A stretch of DNA of 64,000 bases, from positions 6,766-70,765 of the forward strand of contig CAYXJR010000013.1 in assembly GCA_964465145.1 (NCBI GenBank), in the 5' to 3' direction. Position 1 is the stretch's first letter, and every line of letters begins with the position of its first letter. Below, piece after piece: positions 39,051 through 48,726 of the stretch. The translations under genes were made by a program, and so were the position numbers. The notes under the pieces are model-generated. The model had not been told where the DNA came from. It did not search any database and saw nothing but the letters and a program-made list of their open reading frames with translations. The stretch is from an uncultured Porphyromonadaceae bacterium (GTDB taxonomy: Bacteria > Bacteroidota > Bacteroidia > Bacteroidales > UBA12481).

Positions 39051-40969
39051 TGAGCTTAGCTAGAAAAATACAATTTATTTTTATTTTATCGGCTAGTATA
39101 TTTGCCGGTCAGGAATCTTGTTTAATGGCCCAAACAGGGCCACCAGTATCCAAAAGAATCCAGAAGCAATTCCGCCAGGCTCGTGATTTATATCTGGGTC
39201 TAGAGTGGCAGGAGGCTGAGGAGCAGCTTAAGGAAATAACCAGCAAGGCTCCCTCTTATATAGATGCATGGCTCCTCCTTGGTGAGTTGGCTCTGGAAAT
39301 GGAAAATCAGGAGCTTGCTTATTATGCGTTGAGAAACGTTACACGGCTGGATTCTATTAACTATCTGAATATTTTTCCGGAACTGGCCAAGCTGGCATAT
39401 GAAAAGGGAAATTATTCTGAAGCACTTATTGAACTCCGCAAATCAAGAGTCCCATACCACGACCAGAGTCTGAACCTGGAGGAGAGAATCCATTTCGCCA
39501 TTGACCAGGTGAGGAAAAACAAGGGAGCACCTCAGCCTGTTCCCCTGGGAATTAATAGCAATGAAAATGAATATTTTCCGAGTCTGACTGTGGATGGACA
39601 AAGATTGGTGTTTACTCGCCAGGAAAGAAATAAGGAAGGTACAGGCCAGTTGGGACAAGAAGACCTGTATGAATCACAATATATTGACTCTGACTTTTCA
39701 ACGGCAAATATCCTTCCCGGGCCAATTACCACAGAAGGTAATGAGGGTACTCAATCAGTAAGGCAGGATGGCCGACTGATGTTTTTCACAGCCTGCAAGC
39801 GGCCTGATAGTAAGGGTGGATGCGATATTTATGTTTCCAGAAAGCAAGGAGAAACATGGGATTTACCTTTGAATCTGGGGTATCCTGTTAATACTCGGTA
39901 CTGGGAATCCACCCCCTTCCTCACTCTGGATGGAAGAAAACTTTATTTCTCCAGCACTCGTCCCGGGGGATATGGGGGAATGGACATTTGGATCAGTGAG
40001 TGGAGAACAGAGGGAGGGTGGTCTGAACCAATAAATGCAGGCCCGGCAATAAATACCTCACGGGATGAGCTGGCACCTTACGTTCATGGTGACGGTCGGA
40101 GTATATATTTCAGCTCATCAGGCTGGATAGGTATGGGTGGCTTAGACCTGTTTGTCTCCACCAGGCAGAGAGGCAAGGGATGGTCAATACCTGTTAATCT
40201 TGGCTATCCGGTTAATACACATGGAGAGGAAATGGGAATTAGCTTTCATAGTAAAAGCAATTTTGCCGTTTTTTCTTCCAATCGGGACAGCGCCACAGGA
40301 AGGGATATTTTTAGATTTTATTTGAAGGACAGCCTGGCTCCTGGACAATTGACCATTGTTTCGGGAAAGGTAATAAATGCAGTTACTAAAGAGCCAATTA
40401 CAGCTGTCGTACAGGTCGAGGATCATGATGGTAAGCTGATTTCCAGGGTTGAATCAGACCCATTATCTGGACAATATCTTATTGGCCTTCCGGTTGATAA
40501 AGATCACCGGTTCGTTGTAAACCGTCAGGGCTTCCTTTTTTATTCAGCATATCTCCCCTCTGATTCTCTGGCTCCAGGAAAATCCTTTGATTGGGACATA
40601 CTCCTGGAACCTTTTAAATTGGGATCCAAGGTTATTCTGCGAAATGTATTTTTTGAAACAGATTCATTTACTATTAAAAAGGAATCCTTCCCGGAATTGT
40701 TGGAATTGGTTGAATTGTTATCGCAAAATGCTCAATCCAATATCGAAATAGGCGGCCATACCGATAACACAGGGGATTATGAATACAATGTTAACCTTAG
40801 CCGGGCCCGTGCTGAGTCAGTAAGACAATTTCTTGTCAGTAAGGGGATTGCTCCTAAACGACTTGCAGCTACAGGATATGGTCCCGATCAACCACTTTCA
40901 AACAATAATACTGAGCAGGGTAGAGCAGATAATCGACGTACTGAAATCCGGATTACCAGCACACGTTAA
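39050..40969 (+). CDS. OmpA-family protein with N-terminal TPR and TolB-like (PD40) beta-propeller repeats
   Basis: C-terminal OmpA-like motif (IEIGGHTDNTGDYEYNVNLSRARAESV...NRRTEIRI). Repeated PD40-like units (EYFPSLTVDGQRLVF, ESTPFLTLDGRKLYFSS, ELAPYVHGDGRSIYFSS). The probable GTG start at 39050 overlaps the queE TAG by 1 nt. Confidence 0.75.
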   Translation: MSLARKIQFIFILSASIFAGQESCLMAQTGPPVSKRIQKQFRQARDLYLGLEWQEAEEQLKEITSKAPSYIDAWLLLGELALEMENQELAYYALRNVTRLDSINYLNIFPELAKLAYEKGNYSEALIELRKSRVPYHDQSLNLEERIHFAIDQVRKNKGAPQPVPLGINSNENEYFPSLTVDGQRLVFTRQERNKEGTGQLGQEDLYESQYIDSDFSTANILPGPITTEGNEGTQSVRQDGRLMFFTACKRPDSKGGCDIYVSRKQGETWDLPLNLGYPVNTRYWESTPFLTLDGRKLYFSSTRPGGYGGMDIWISEWRTEGGWSEPINAGPAINTSRDELAPYVHGDGRSIYFSSSGWIGMGGLDLFVSTRQRGKGWSIPVNLGYPVNTHGEEMGISFHSKSNFAVFSSNRDSATGRDIFRFYLKDSLAPGQLTIVSGKVINAVTKEPITAVVQVEDHDGKLISRVESDPLSGQYLIGLPVDKDHRFVVNRQGFLFYSAYLPSDSLAPGKSFDWDILLEPFKLGSKVILRNVFFETDSFTIKKESFPELLELVELLSQNAQSNIEIGGHTDNTGDYEYNVNLSRARAESVRQFLVSKGIAPKRLAATGYGPDQPLSNNNTEQGRADNRRTEIRITSTR

Positions 40970-40985
40970 CTTGGCCCGCATGTTC

Positions 40986-43900
40986 CTACTTATTCTTAAC
41001 CGGAAATTTCGGAATAGGTGGAACAGTTTTATCGTATGTTTTCAATTGTTCCAATATTACCTCAATTGCCTTATCCAGCTGCTTGTCAATGCCCATGAAT
41101 TCATCATATGGATCATTGTCTACCATGATATCAGGATCCACGCCGTAGCCCTCGATAATGAAACCACTCCCATCAGCTGCGAAAGGCCCGTAGGATGGGG
41201 TAATTATTGAGCCGCCGTCCATGCAGGGAACTGCCCCACTGTACCCGACGACACCTCCCCAGGTGCGGACACCGATAACAGTCCCAATATTATTGTGTTT
41301 AAAACGATATGGGAAAAGATCTCCATCTGAAGCTGAATATTGGTCAATCAAAGCCACTTTTGGGCCGGCCATAGTCCCAACCGGATTAACCTGACCTTCC
41401 TTCTGGTTTGTGTGCATGGTGGCATAGGTAATCTCACGCTTGAGCCTTTCTATGATCATGGGTGAAACATTTCCTCCTCCATTTCCCCGGTCGTCAATAA
41501 TAAGAGCCTTCTTCGTGAGTTGCGGGTAGTAGTGTTTTACGAATTCATTGAGTCCGTTGGCACCCATGTCAGGAATATGAATATACCCAACCTCACCATT
41601 AGTAGCCTCATTAACTTTCTTAATATTTCCCTGAACCCACTTGTAATAGTAGAGTGAGGATTCATCAGCTATCGGCTTTACAAGCACTTTTCGTGTGTCT
41701 TTGTCACTTGCTTCGCTGGCCAGGCTCAATTCCACCACTTTCCCGGCTTGACCGATTAGCAGACTGTAGATATCATTTGTAGTATTGGTAGACACACCAT
41801 TGATGGCGATAATGAAATCGCCCTCTTTGGCGTTTACCCCAATCTCCGAGAGGGGAGACCTCAGTTGAGGGCTCCAGTTTGCCCCCGGAAGGATTTCTGC
41901 AATTTTGAAATACCCTGATGGGTCGGATTCAATAACTGCCCCAAGAAGGCCAGTTTGGGTGCGCTGAGGCATAGGACGTTCACCGTTGTTAACGTAGGCA
42001 TGGCCTACACTAAGTTCTCCTATCATCTCACCAATGAGATAAGACAAGTCTGATCGATGTTCCACATAAGGAACGAGTGGTTGGTATTTATTATAGATCG
42101 ATTTCCAATCGACACCATGGGTATTAGGATCATAGAAGAAATCTCGCATTTGTCTCCAGCTTTCATCGAAAATCTGGGCCCATTCTGCCTTTTTATCCAG
42201 GTTGATAGTCATACTGGAAAGGGAAATAGTTGTGCCCATGCTGGCTTTCGCTGATGGTATACCTATTACACTATATTTATTTCCCTGGATCAGCAGCATC
42301 TTTTTACCATTACTACTGATAAGGTAGTTCAGTTTATCTCCGTGATCATTTTCTTTTTCCGTTTCCAGGTCAAAACTTTTAAGTGCCATTCCCCTGCTGT
42401 TGGATGAACGGAACAGATAGAATATTTTTGAATCCAGGCACTGAATGTTGAAATAGTTTCCGGCCGCAATCGGCAAACCAATTATCCTGTCCTGAATACC
42501 TTCCAGGTCCACGACCATACTCTTTTCTCCCTCCTCTTTTTTCTTATCCTCAATTTTCTTAACATCCTTTTTATCATCAGCATTTTTGTCCTTGTCCTCC
42601 TCTGGAAGTTTAACCTCATCGTCTTTAGGTCCCAATGGATTTGATGTTGCGCTTGCCAGAGCTACCAGGTATAACTTGTTCATATCCTGATAAACATGAT
42701 TCCATTCAGTTGCTGAATAAGTAGGAGAGAAACTTCTGGAAGATGAAAAAATCAGGTATTTACCGTCTCTAGTAAAGACTGGATTGCCTGATTGATACCA
42801 GTTATCAGTAATAAATGTTGATTTTCCGCTTTCAAGGCTGTACAGGCTAATCTGGTTCATTCCCAATACTGGATTTACATATGCAACCCATTTGCTGTCG
42901 TGCGACCATGAGTAATCTCCAATAGGCCCCTGTCCGGATTCATCAACTAATTTTTTTGATTTGGATTCAATATCGAGTAGCCACAGACGAAACTTTTTAT
43001 CATTGTATATTAGCTTCTTACTGTCTGGTGACCATGCAAAACTAAATATATAAGTGTCCGACTTATTGGTAAGGGCTGTTGCAGATAAGGGGTCATCTGA
43101 ATTCATAACATAAATTTCAAACTCCCCGCTGGCATCGGAAATATAGGCTATGTATTTTCCATCCGGCGACCAGTCGGCATTCCTGTCGTGGGCTCCGCCT
43201 GATTGCGTGATGTTGCGGGTGATACCCTCCTTCGCCGGAACGTTGAATAGTTCACCCCGGGATGAGACTACAAGCCTCTCAGCATCCGGGCTCATGCTAA
43301 TACCTGAGATTGATCCTGAAACATCTTTGAGCTCCTGACGCCCGGTAAGCAGATCGTTATGGATATAAATATTTATTTTTTTCGCCTGTTGAGTGTTAAG
43401 GTCAAAACGATAAATAAACCCACCATTCTCATATACGATGGCATCTTTTCCAAGCGAAGGGAATTTGATGTCATAATCCTTGTATTCAGTGATCTTGGAT
43501 GTTTGCTTCGTTTCAGTATCATATACGAATAGGTTCATTATCCTGTCGCGGTCTGATAGGAAATAAATTTTAGTCCCCGCCCACATAGGAAAGATATCCT
43601 GAGCAGGATCATCGGTTATCTTTTCTGTTGTTTGGGTTTTAAAATCGAATATGCGAATATCATCAGCCATTCCCCCCTGGTAATACTTCCATGTTCTGAA
43701 TTCCCTAAATACCCGGTTATAGGCGATTTTAGATCCATCTGGAGAATAGCTGCAGAAACCAGCCACCGAGAACGGAAGCTGTTCAGATAGTCCACCTCCA
43801 TTAGAAACTTTAAATAAATGTCCTTTAAAGTCATTGAAAGATTGTTTCCTCGACCGGTAAATGATGGATTTACCATCTGGTGTCCAGGACATTACCAGGT

Positions 43901-44264
43901 TGTTAGGCCCCATGCGGTCTCCAACATCATCTCTGCCAAGTGTGGCTGTAGTGGTAATCCTTGTTGGTTCGCCACCCTCAGAGGGAATAGTGAAAACCTC
44001 GGAATTTCCATCATATTGACCGGTGAAAGCTATAGTTTTGCCATCGGGAGAAAACCTGGCAAATAGTTCAAATCCATTATGGGTAGTTAATTGGCGCGCA
44101 GTACCTCCGGCTGCAGAAACAGTATATAGGTCGCCGGCATAAGTGAATACTACCTGATCCTGGTGAATAGCAGGAAATCTTAATAATCTGGCTTCTTCTT
44201 GTGCAATCATTGCCTGGGTACATAAAAAAAGTCCAGCAATCCAAAATAATCTCTTTATTCTCAT
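40986..44264 (-). CDS. tricorn protease homolog (beta-propellers + PDZ + S41 peptidase), with signal peptide
   Basis: N-terminus LLRFPAIHQDQVVFTYAGDLYTVSAAGGTARQLTTH...FSPDGKTIAF is typical of tricorn-core proteins. It has a PDZ-like segment and an S41 region (LIIDDRGNGGGNVS, QYSASDGDLFP). I start it at ATG 44264 (MRIKRLFWIAGLFL). Confidence 0.85.
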   Translation of the reverse strand: MRIKRLFWIAGLFLCTQAMIAQEEARLLRFPAIHQDQVVFTYAGDLYTVSAAGGTARQLTTHNGFELFARFSPDGKTIAFTGQYDGNSEVFTIPSEGGEPTRITTTATLGRDDVGDRMGPNNLVMSWTPDGKSIIYRSRKQSFNDFKGHLFKVSNGGGLSEQLPFSVAGFCSYSPDGSKIAYNRVFREFRTWKYYQGGMADDIRIFDFKTQTTEKITDDPAQDIFPMWAGTKIYFLSDRDRIMNLFVYDTETKQTSKITEYKDYDIKFPSLGKDAIVYENGGFIYRFDLNTQQAKKINIYIHNDLLTGRQELKDVSGSISGISMSPDAERLVVSSRGELFNVPAKEGITRNITQSGGAHDRNADWSPDGKYIAYISDASGEFEIYVMNSDDPLSATALTNKSDTYIFSFAWSPDSKKLIYNDKKFRLWLLDIESKSKKLVDESGQGPIGDYSWSHDSKWVAYVNPVLGMNQISLYSLESGKSTFITDNWYQSGNPVFTRDGKYLIFSSSRSFSPTYSATEWNHVYQDMNKLYLVALASATSNPLGPKDDEVKLPEEDKDKNADDKKDVKKIEDKKKEEGEKSMVVDLEGIQDRIIGLPIAAGNYFNIQCLDSKIFYLFRSSNSRGMALKSFDLETEKENDHGDKLNYLISSNGKKMLLIQGNKYSVIGIPSAKASMGTTISLSSMTINLDKKAEWAQIFDESWRQMRDFFYDPNTHGVDWKSIYNKYQPLVPYVEHRSDLSYLIGEMIGELSVGHAYVNNGERPMPQRTQTGLLGAVIESDPSGYFKIAEILPGANWSPQLRSPLSEIGVNAKEGDFIIAINGVSTNTTNDIYSLLIGQAGKVVELSLASEASDKDTRKVLVKPIADESSLYYYKWVQGNIKKVNEATNGEVGYIHIPDMGANGLNEFVKHYYPQLTKKALIIDDRGNGGGNVSPMIIERLKREITYATMHTNQKEGQVNPVGTMAGPKVALIDQYSASDGDLFPYRFKHNNIGTVIGVRTWGGVVGYSGAVPCMDGGSIITPSYGPFAADGSGFIIEGYGVDPDIMVDNDPYDEFMGIDKQLDKAIEVILEQLKTYDKTVPPIPKFPVKNK

Positions 44265-44288
44265 AATTTTTAGTTTATTGTCAGTTCT

Positions 44289-44296
44289 CAAAGGTA
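44289..44296 (-). promoter_or_regulatory. -7 promoter box TACCTTTG upstream of the tricorn-like gene
   Basis: Exact TAnnTTTG match on the minus strand, 25 nt upstream of ATG 44264. Confidence 0.4.
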
Positions 44297-44315
44297 TTAT
44301 TTTCCTTTTTTTGTT

Positions 44316-45191
44316 CTAGCATAAGACAGAAATTGACTGGGGTATTATACTGATCTCCAGCTCATCTCCCAGCTCAACAGGCTCACCATCAATATGTGTA
44401 CACAGATTATCCCCTTTAATAAATATCTTTTTGCAGGAATATATCTCCAGGGCTTTTGATCTTTCGATCCGGCCTGTAAAAAGCGAGTAAGCCATACCGG
44501 GTATCCTGTTGTATCTGAAAGGATTAAGAATGACTATGTTAAGGATTCCATCATCTGGTTTGGCTGGTGGACAAATGTGAGCTCCGCCTCCAAACTGTGT
44601 GGTATTTGCGATTGACACCATGTACGCTGTTCTGAAAATTTGCCTGCCATCTATTATGATCTCATAATTCTGTGGTTTGTAACTAACAAGAGACTGGGGA
44701 ATAATTCTTATATATGGACAGATTCCCCTTTTCCCAAATCCTTCAAAACGGCGTGCAATTGTTGCGTCAAAACCTACACCGGCCATATTGATGAAAGTTC
44801 GTGAGTTGATCCTAACAGAATCAATGATTCTGGGTCGGGCTTTTTGCAAAACCCTTAATGCTCTCTTGTAGTTTAAGGGAATGCCTAATTCACGGGCCAG
44901 CCCATTTCCTGAGCCTATTGCTATCATTCCCAGGTGCTTTCCAGTGTTAATCAATTCGCCACTTACTTCATTTACCGTTCCATCGCCTCCTGCCGAAACA
45001 AAAACATCATATTCATTTAATCGTTTCTGCATCATTTCCCTGGCCTCTCCTGGGAACTGACTGATTACTATATCGTAGGGAATATTCTGAGGGAATTCTT
45101 TTTTTATGTACGGAATCAGGTGTTTGAAACGCCCTTTGCCAGCTTTGGGATTGACAATGAACAGGTATCTTAATGAATCTTGATCTCTCAT
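44316..45191 (-). CDS. diacylglycerol/lipid kinase family protein (YegS/BmrU type)
   Basis: DAGK catalytic motif VFVSAGGDGTVNEV. 291 aa. Confidence 0.82.
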   Translation of the reverse strand: MRDQDSLRYLFIVNPKAGKGRFKHLIPYIKKEFPQNIPYDIVISQFPGEAREMMQKRLNEYDVFVSAGGDGTVNEVSGELINTGKHLGMIAIGSGNGLARELGIPLNYKRALRVLQKARPRIIDSVRINSRTFINMAGVGFDATIARRFEGFGKRGICPYIRIIPQSLVSYKPQNYEIIIDGRQIFRTAYMVSIANTTQFGGGAHICPPAKPDDGILNIVILNPFRYNRIPGMAYSLFTGRIERSKALEIYSCKKIFIKGDNLCTHIDGEPVELGDELEISIIPQSISVLC

Positions 45192-45391
45192 TACATCTAC
45201 TTGGATCTTTTTTTTATGCCAGGTTGCAAACCAGGCAACAATTTAATTTTAATTAAATATAATAAACCTGATATAAATCAATAGATGTGAAAAATTATTT
45301 ATCCGAAATTGTCTGAAAAACAATTAGGTGTCATCAAATATTTGTGATAAAAAACAACTACCCTTGTAGGTTATAATTGATATTTGGATAC

Positions 45392-45399
45392 TACTTTTG
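45392..45399 (+). promoter_or_regulatory. -7 promoter box TACTTTTG upstream of the epimerase gene
   Basis: Exact TAnnTTTG match 27 nt upstream of ATG 45426. It lies inside the TTG-initiated ORF-track extension. Confidence 0.45.
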
Positions 45400-45425
45400 C
45401 ACCTAAAGTTTTAAGAAATAATATA

Positions 45426-45836
45426 ATGAAGACTACACATATTGAACATATAGGGATAGCTGTTAAAGACCTGGAGGCTGCCATAGCCTATTACGAGACT
45501 GTTTTTGGATTAACCTGCTATGCCTTGGAGGAGGTAGTTGATCAGAAAGTCCGCACGGCCTTTTTCAGGTTGGGCGATACCAAGATTGAGCTATTGGAAT
45601 CAACAGATCCAGATGGCCCGCTGGGTAAGTTTATTGAGAAGAGGGGAGAGGGAATCCATCATCTTGCTTTTGCCGTGGAAAATATTAAGGAAGCATTGAA
45701 AGAAGCAGAGGGAAAGGGAGTTCGCCTGATCGATAAGGCTCCCAGGGCAGGAGCAGAAGGCTTGGATATTGGATTTCTCCACCCAAAATTCACTTTCGGC
45801 GTGTTGACTGAACTTTGTGAAAATAAAAATAAATAG
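45426..45836 (+). CDS. mce: methylmalonyl-CoA epimerase (VOC/glyoxalase-fold)
   Basis: HIEHIGIAVKDLEAAIAYYETVFGL ... GEGIHHLAFAVENI ... metal-binding H/E pattern. About 136 aa, the typical size. Confidence 0.78.
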   Translation: MKTTHIEHIGIAVKDLEAAIAYYETVFGLTCYALEEVVDQKVRTAFFRLGDTKIELLESTDPDGPLGKFIEKRGEGIHHLAFAVENIKEALKEAEGKGVRLIDKAPRAGAEGLDIGFLHPKFTFGVLTELCENKNK

Positions 45837-45848
45837 TGCCGGAAAACG

Positions 45849-45856
45849 TATATTTG
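45849..45856 (+). promoter_or_regulatory. possible -7 promoter box TATATTTG upstream of citDE
   Basis: Exact TAnnTTTG match 25 nt upstream of GTG 45881. Confidence 0.35.
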
Positions 45857-45880
45857 TGTGACGCCTAAAATACTTTATTT

Positions 45881-47104
45881 GTGGATTATAAGGAAAAATT
45901 TGCAGAAGCCGGAAATGCAGGTGGAAAAACCCGCTCCGACTGCCAGTTTATGCTCGAACCTACGCTTTCGGGTGGGATTACCATAAGCATGCAAAGCAGG
46001 GTGAAAGCACTGTATGGAGATAGTATAGAGATTCTTATCAGGGAAGTGCTGGGATATTTTGATATTCAGCACATGAATGTTGGTCTGGTGGATACTGGAG
46101 CCCTGAATTGGGTAATAGCGGCACGACTGGAAGCTGCTATAATAAAGCTCCTTGATACTGATAAGGAATTCCTGACGGGTACTGGTTCGGATAGCTTTTA
46201 TCAAACGCCCAAAGATCAATTTCGCTTTTCCAGGTTATACTTACCCGGGAATTCTCCAGGTCTTATGATTAATGCCGGTCTTCATAAACCCAATGGACTT
46301 ATCCTTGATCTTGAGGATGCGGTGGCATATGGAAAAAAGCATGAGGCCCGCTATTTGGTCAGGAATGCTTTGAGAAATCTTAATTTTTACGGAGCCGAAA
46401 AGATGGTGCGCATCAACCAGGTTCCTATGGGTATTGAGGATTTGAGCTTTATTGTGCCACATGGTGTTAACCTGATTCTTCTACCCAAGTGTGAGAGTGG
46501 AACTCAGGTGGAGCTGGTAAATAAGGAAATTACGAGAATAAAAAAGATACACAGGATAAGTAGAGAGATCTGGCTGATGCCAATTATTGAGAGTGCCCTA
46601 GGCGTTATTAAGGCATATGAGATAGCATCCTCAGCTGACAATGTGGTGGCAATGGCGATTGGGCTTGAGGATTATACTGCCGATCTTGGGTGCCGGCGCA
46701 GCCTGGATGGCCGAGAGTCATTCTTTGCAAGGTCATCTGTTGTTAATGCCTGTAAAGCAGCAGGCATTCAGGCGATTGACTCTGTTTTTTCAGATGTCAG
46801 TGACGTGGAGGGACTGGTACGTACTGTGCAGGAATCCAAAAGCCTAGGATTCGATGGTATGGGGTGTATTCATCCACGACAAATCAAAGTAATTCATGAG
46901 AATTTTGCCCCTGCCAAAGAAGAGCTGGAAAAGGCATGTAAAATAGTTTCAGCTTTTGATATAGCTGCCAGCAGAGGGTTGGGAGTGGTTTCTTTAGGAT
47001 CAAAAATGATTGATCCCCCTGTAGTAAAAAGAGCTGAGAAAATAGTTAACCTGGGAATAGAATTGGGCTTGCTTGATGAAAACTGGAGGGATAATAATGA
47101 ATAA
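45881..47104 (+). CDS. fused citrate lyase acyl-carrier (gamma, CitD-like) and citryl-CoA lyase (beta, CitE) protein
   Basis: Single uninterrupted 407-aa ORF. Residues ~1-95 resemble CitD (AEAGNAGGKTRSDCQFMLEP...VDTGALNWVIAARLEAAI). Residues ~105-407 resemble CitE/HpcH-HpaI (RLYLPGNSPGLMINA...LILDLEDAV...GLEDYTADLG...GCIHPRQI). GTG start. Confidence 0.8.
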   Translation: MDYKEKFAEAGNAGGKTRSDCQFMLEPTLSGGITISMQSRVKALYGDSIEILIREVLGYFDIQHMNVGLVDTGALNWVIAARLEAAIIKLLDTDKEFLTGTGSDSFYQTPKDQFRFSRLYLPGNSPGLMINAGLHKPNGLILDLEDAVAYGKKHEARYLVRNALRNLNFYGAEKMVRINQVPMGIEDLSFIVPHGVNLILLPKCESGTQVELVNKEITRIKKIHRISREIWLMPIIESALGVIKAYEIASSADNVVAMAIGLEDYTADLGCRRSLDGRESFFARSSVVNACKAAGIQAIDSVFSDVSDVEGLVRTVQESKSLGFDGMGCIHPRQIKVIHENFAPAKEELEKACKIVSAFDIAASRGLGVVSLGSKMIDPPVVKRAEKIVNLGIELGLLDENWRDNNE

Positions 47105-48656
47105 TTCTCAACTCATTCAGAATACTGCCGGTAGAATGGTGCCGACAGTGATAAACGGGATGCCTGCGACTCCTTTCCAGGGGGTGGGTAAATATATCCC
47201 TGATGCTAATAAGAAAGGACCAAAAATATCTTCCTGTGCCAATTTCCCCGGCAATGGGGATAAACGAGTCGCTAGCCTTCGGGAAGCTCTGGTTAGAGCC
47301 GGTCTTAATAATGGGATGACCATCTCCACTCATCATCATTTTCGTAATGGTGATTTGCTGGCTAACGAGGTCTTTGATATTGCCAGTGATCTGGGGGTAA
47401 AAAATCTGGTATGGTTCCCGTCAGCCTCTTTCTCCTGTCATGAACACCTAATTCCATACCTGGAAGACGGAACTATCAATCGTATTGAGGGAAGCATGAA
47501 CGGACCCCTGGGAAAGTTTTGCTCCGAGGGAAAAATGGAGGGAACCGCAATATTGCGTTCCCATGGAGGGAGATACCAGGCTATTCAGGACGGGGATGTT
47601 AATATAGATATCTCAATTATAGGTGCTGGTTGTGCTGACCCGTTTGGGAATGCTAATGGATTATACGGCCCTAGTGCGAGCGGACTTCTTGGATTTGCCC
47701 TGGCCGATTCCCAATATGCCGATAAGGTGATTGTTGTAACAGATCATATGGTCGAGTTTCCATGCATCCCCTGGCAGATTCAGGGAAACTATGTAGATTA
47801 TACAGTGGAAACGGAAAAGGTGGGTATCCCGGAGATGATTGTGTCGGGAACAACGGAAATTACTAAGAGCCCAGATCGATTACTACTAGCTGAGATGACT
47901 GCAGAGTTTTGTGAGGCAACAGGCATTATCCGTAATGGATTTTCCTTTCAAACCGGAGCAGGTGGTACCTCCTTGGCAGTCAGTAACTATTTCAGGGAAA
48001 TAATGAAGAGCAAGGGTATACATGCCAGGTTCGCCAGGGGTGGAAGTAATAAGTATTTGGTGCAAATGCTTGAAGAGGGTCTGATAGATTATATCCTGGA
48101 TGGTCAAACCTTTGATCTGGATGGTATCCGCTCCATGTCCGAAAACCCCAACCATGTGTGGACCAGCCCCTTTACAAGCTACAATTATCATGGTAAAGGG
48201 AATTTTGCCGGGATGGTGGATGTTGTTATCCTTGGGGCTACAGAAGTTGATATCAATTTTAATGGTAATGTGGTCACGCACTCTGATGGGTATATGATTC
48301 ACGGAATCGGAGGCTGGCAAAACTGCTTGTTCTCGAAAACAGTTATTCTTCCAATTCCGCTTTTCCGGGATCGTATTCCGGTTATTGTTGATAAGGTAAC
48401 AACCCTATGCGGTCCTGGGGAACTCATAGATGTGATAGTCACTGAAAGAGGTATAGCCATTAATCCTCTTAGGAAGGATTTGATCGAAAAAACAAAAAAC
48501 TCCGGTTTGAACATCAGGTCAATTGATGATTTAAAAAGGGAGGCCGAAAAAATTTGCGGAAAGCCTCAAAAACTTCAAACCGAAGATGAGATAGTAGCTG
48601 CCATCAAATGGGTGGATGGAACAATACTGGATGTTGTTAGGAGAGTGCCTTCATAA
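47097..48656 (+). CDS. citF: citrate lyase alpha subunit (citrate CoA-transferase)
   Basis: About 520 aa, the right size, directly after CitE with an 8-nt overlap (ATGAATAA). It has CitF-like blocks (ISTHHHFRNGD, SFQTGAGGTSLAV, NPNHVW, VDVVILGATEVD). Confidence 0.86.
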   Translation: MNNSQLIQNTAGRMVPTVINGMPATPFQGVGKYIPDANKKGPKISSCANFPGNGDKRVASLREALVRAGLNNGMTISTHHHFRNGDLLANEVFDIASDLGVKNLVWFPSASFSCHEHLIPYLEDGTINRIEGSMNGPLGKFCSEGKMEGTAILRSHGGRYQAIQDGDVNIDISIIGAGCADPFGNANGLYGPSASGLLGFALADSQYADKVIVVTDHMVEFPCIPWQIQGNYVDYTVETEKVGIPEMIVSGTTEITKSPDRLLLAEMTAEFCEATGIIRNGFSFQTGAGGTSLAVSNYFREIMKSKGIHARFARGGSNKYLVQMLEEGLIDYILDGQTFDLDGIRSMSENPNHVWTSPFTSYNYHGKGNFAGMVDVVILGATEVDINFNGNVVTHSDGYMIHGIGGWQNCLFSKTVILPIPLFRDRIPVIVDKVTTLCGPGELIDVIVTERGIAINPLRKDLIEKTKNSGLNIRSIDDLKREAEKICGKPQKLQTEDEIVAAIKWVDGTILDVVRRVPS

Positions 48657-48677
48657 TGCGTATAATCATATGGCTAT

Positions 48678-48715
48678 AAACAACAAAAGCCGACGTATGC
48701 CGGCTTTTGTTGTTT
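48678..48715. terminator. bidirectional rho-independent terminator between citF and the ferredoxin gene
   Basis: Perfect 15-bp stem AAACAACAAAAGCCG/CGGCTTTTGTTGTTT with an 8-nt loop. It lies between convergent genes. Confidence 0.65.
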
Positions 48716-48726
48716 AATTGAACTGC

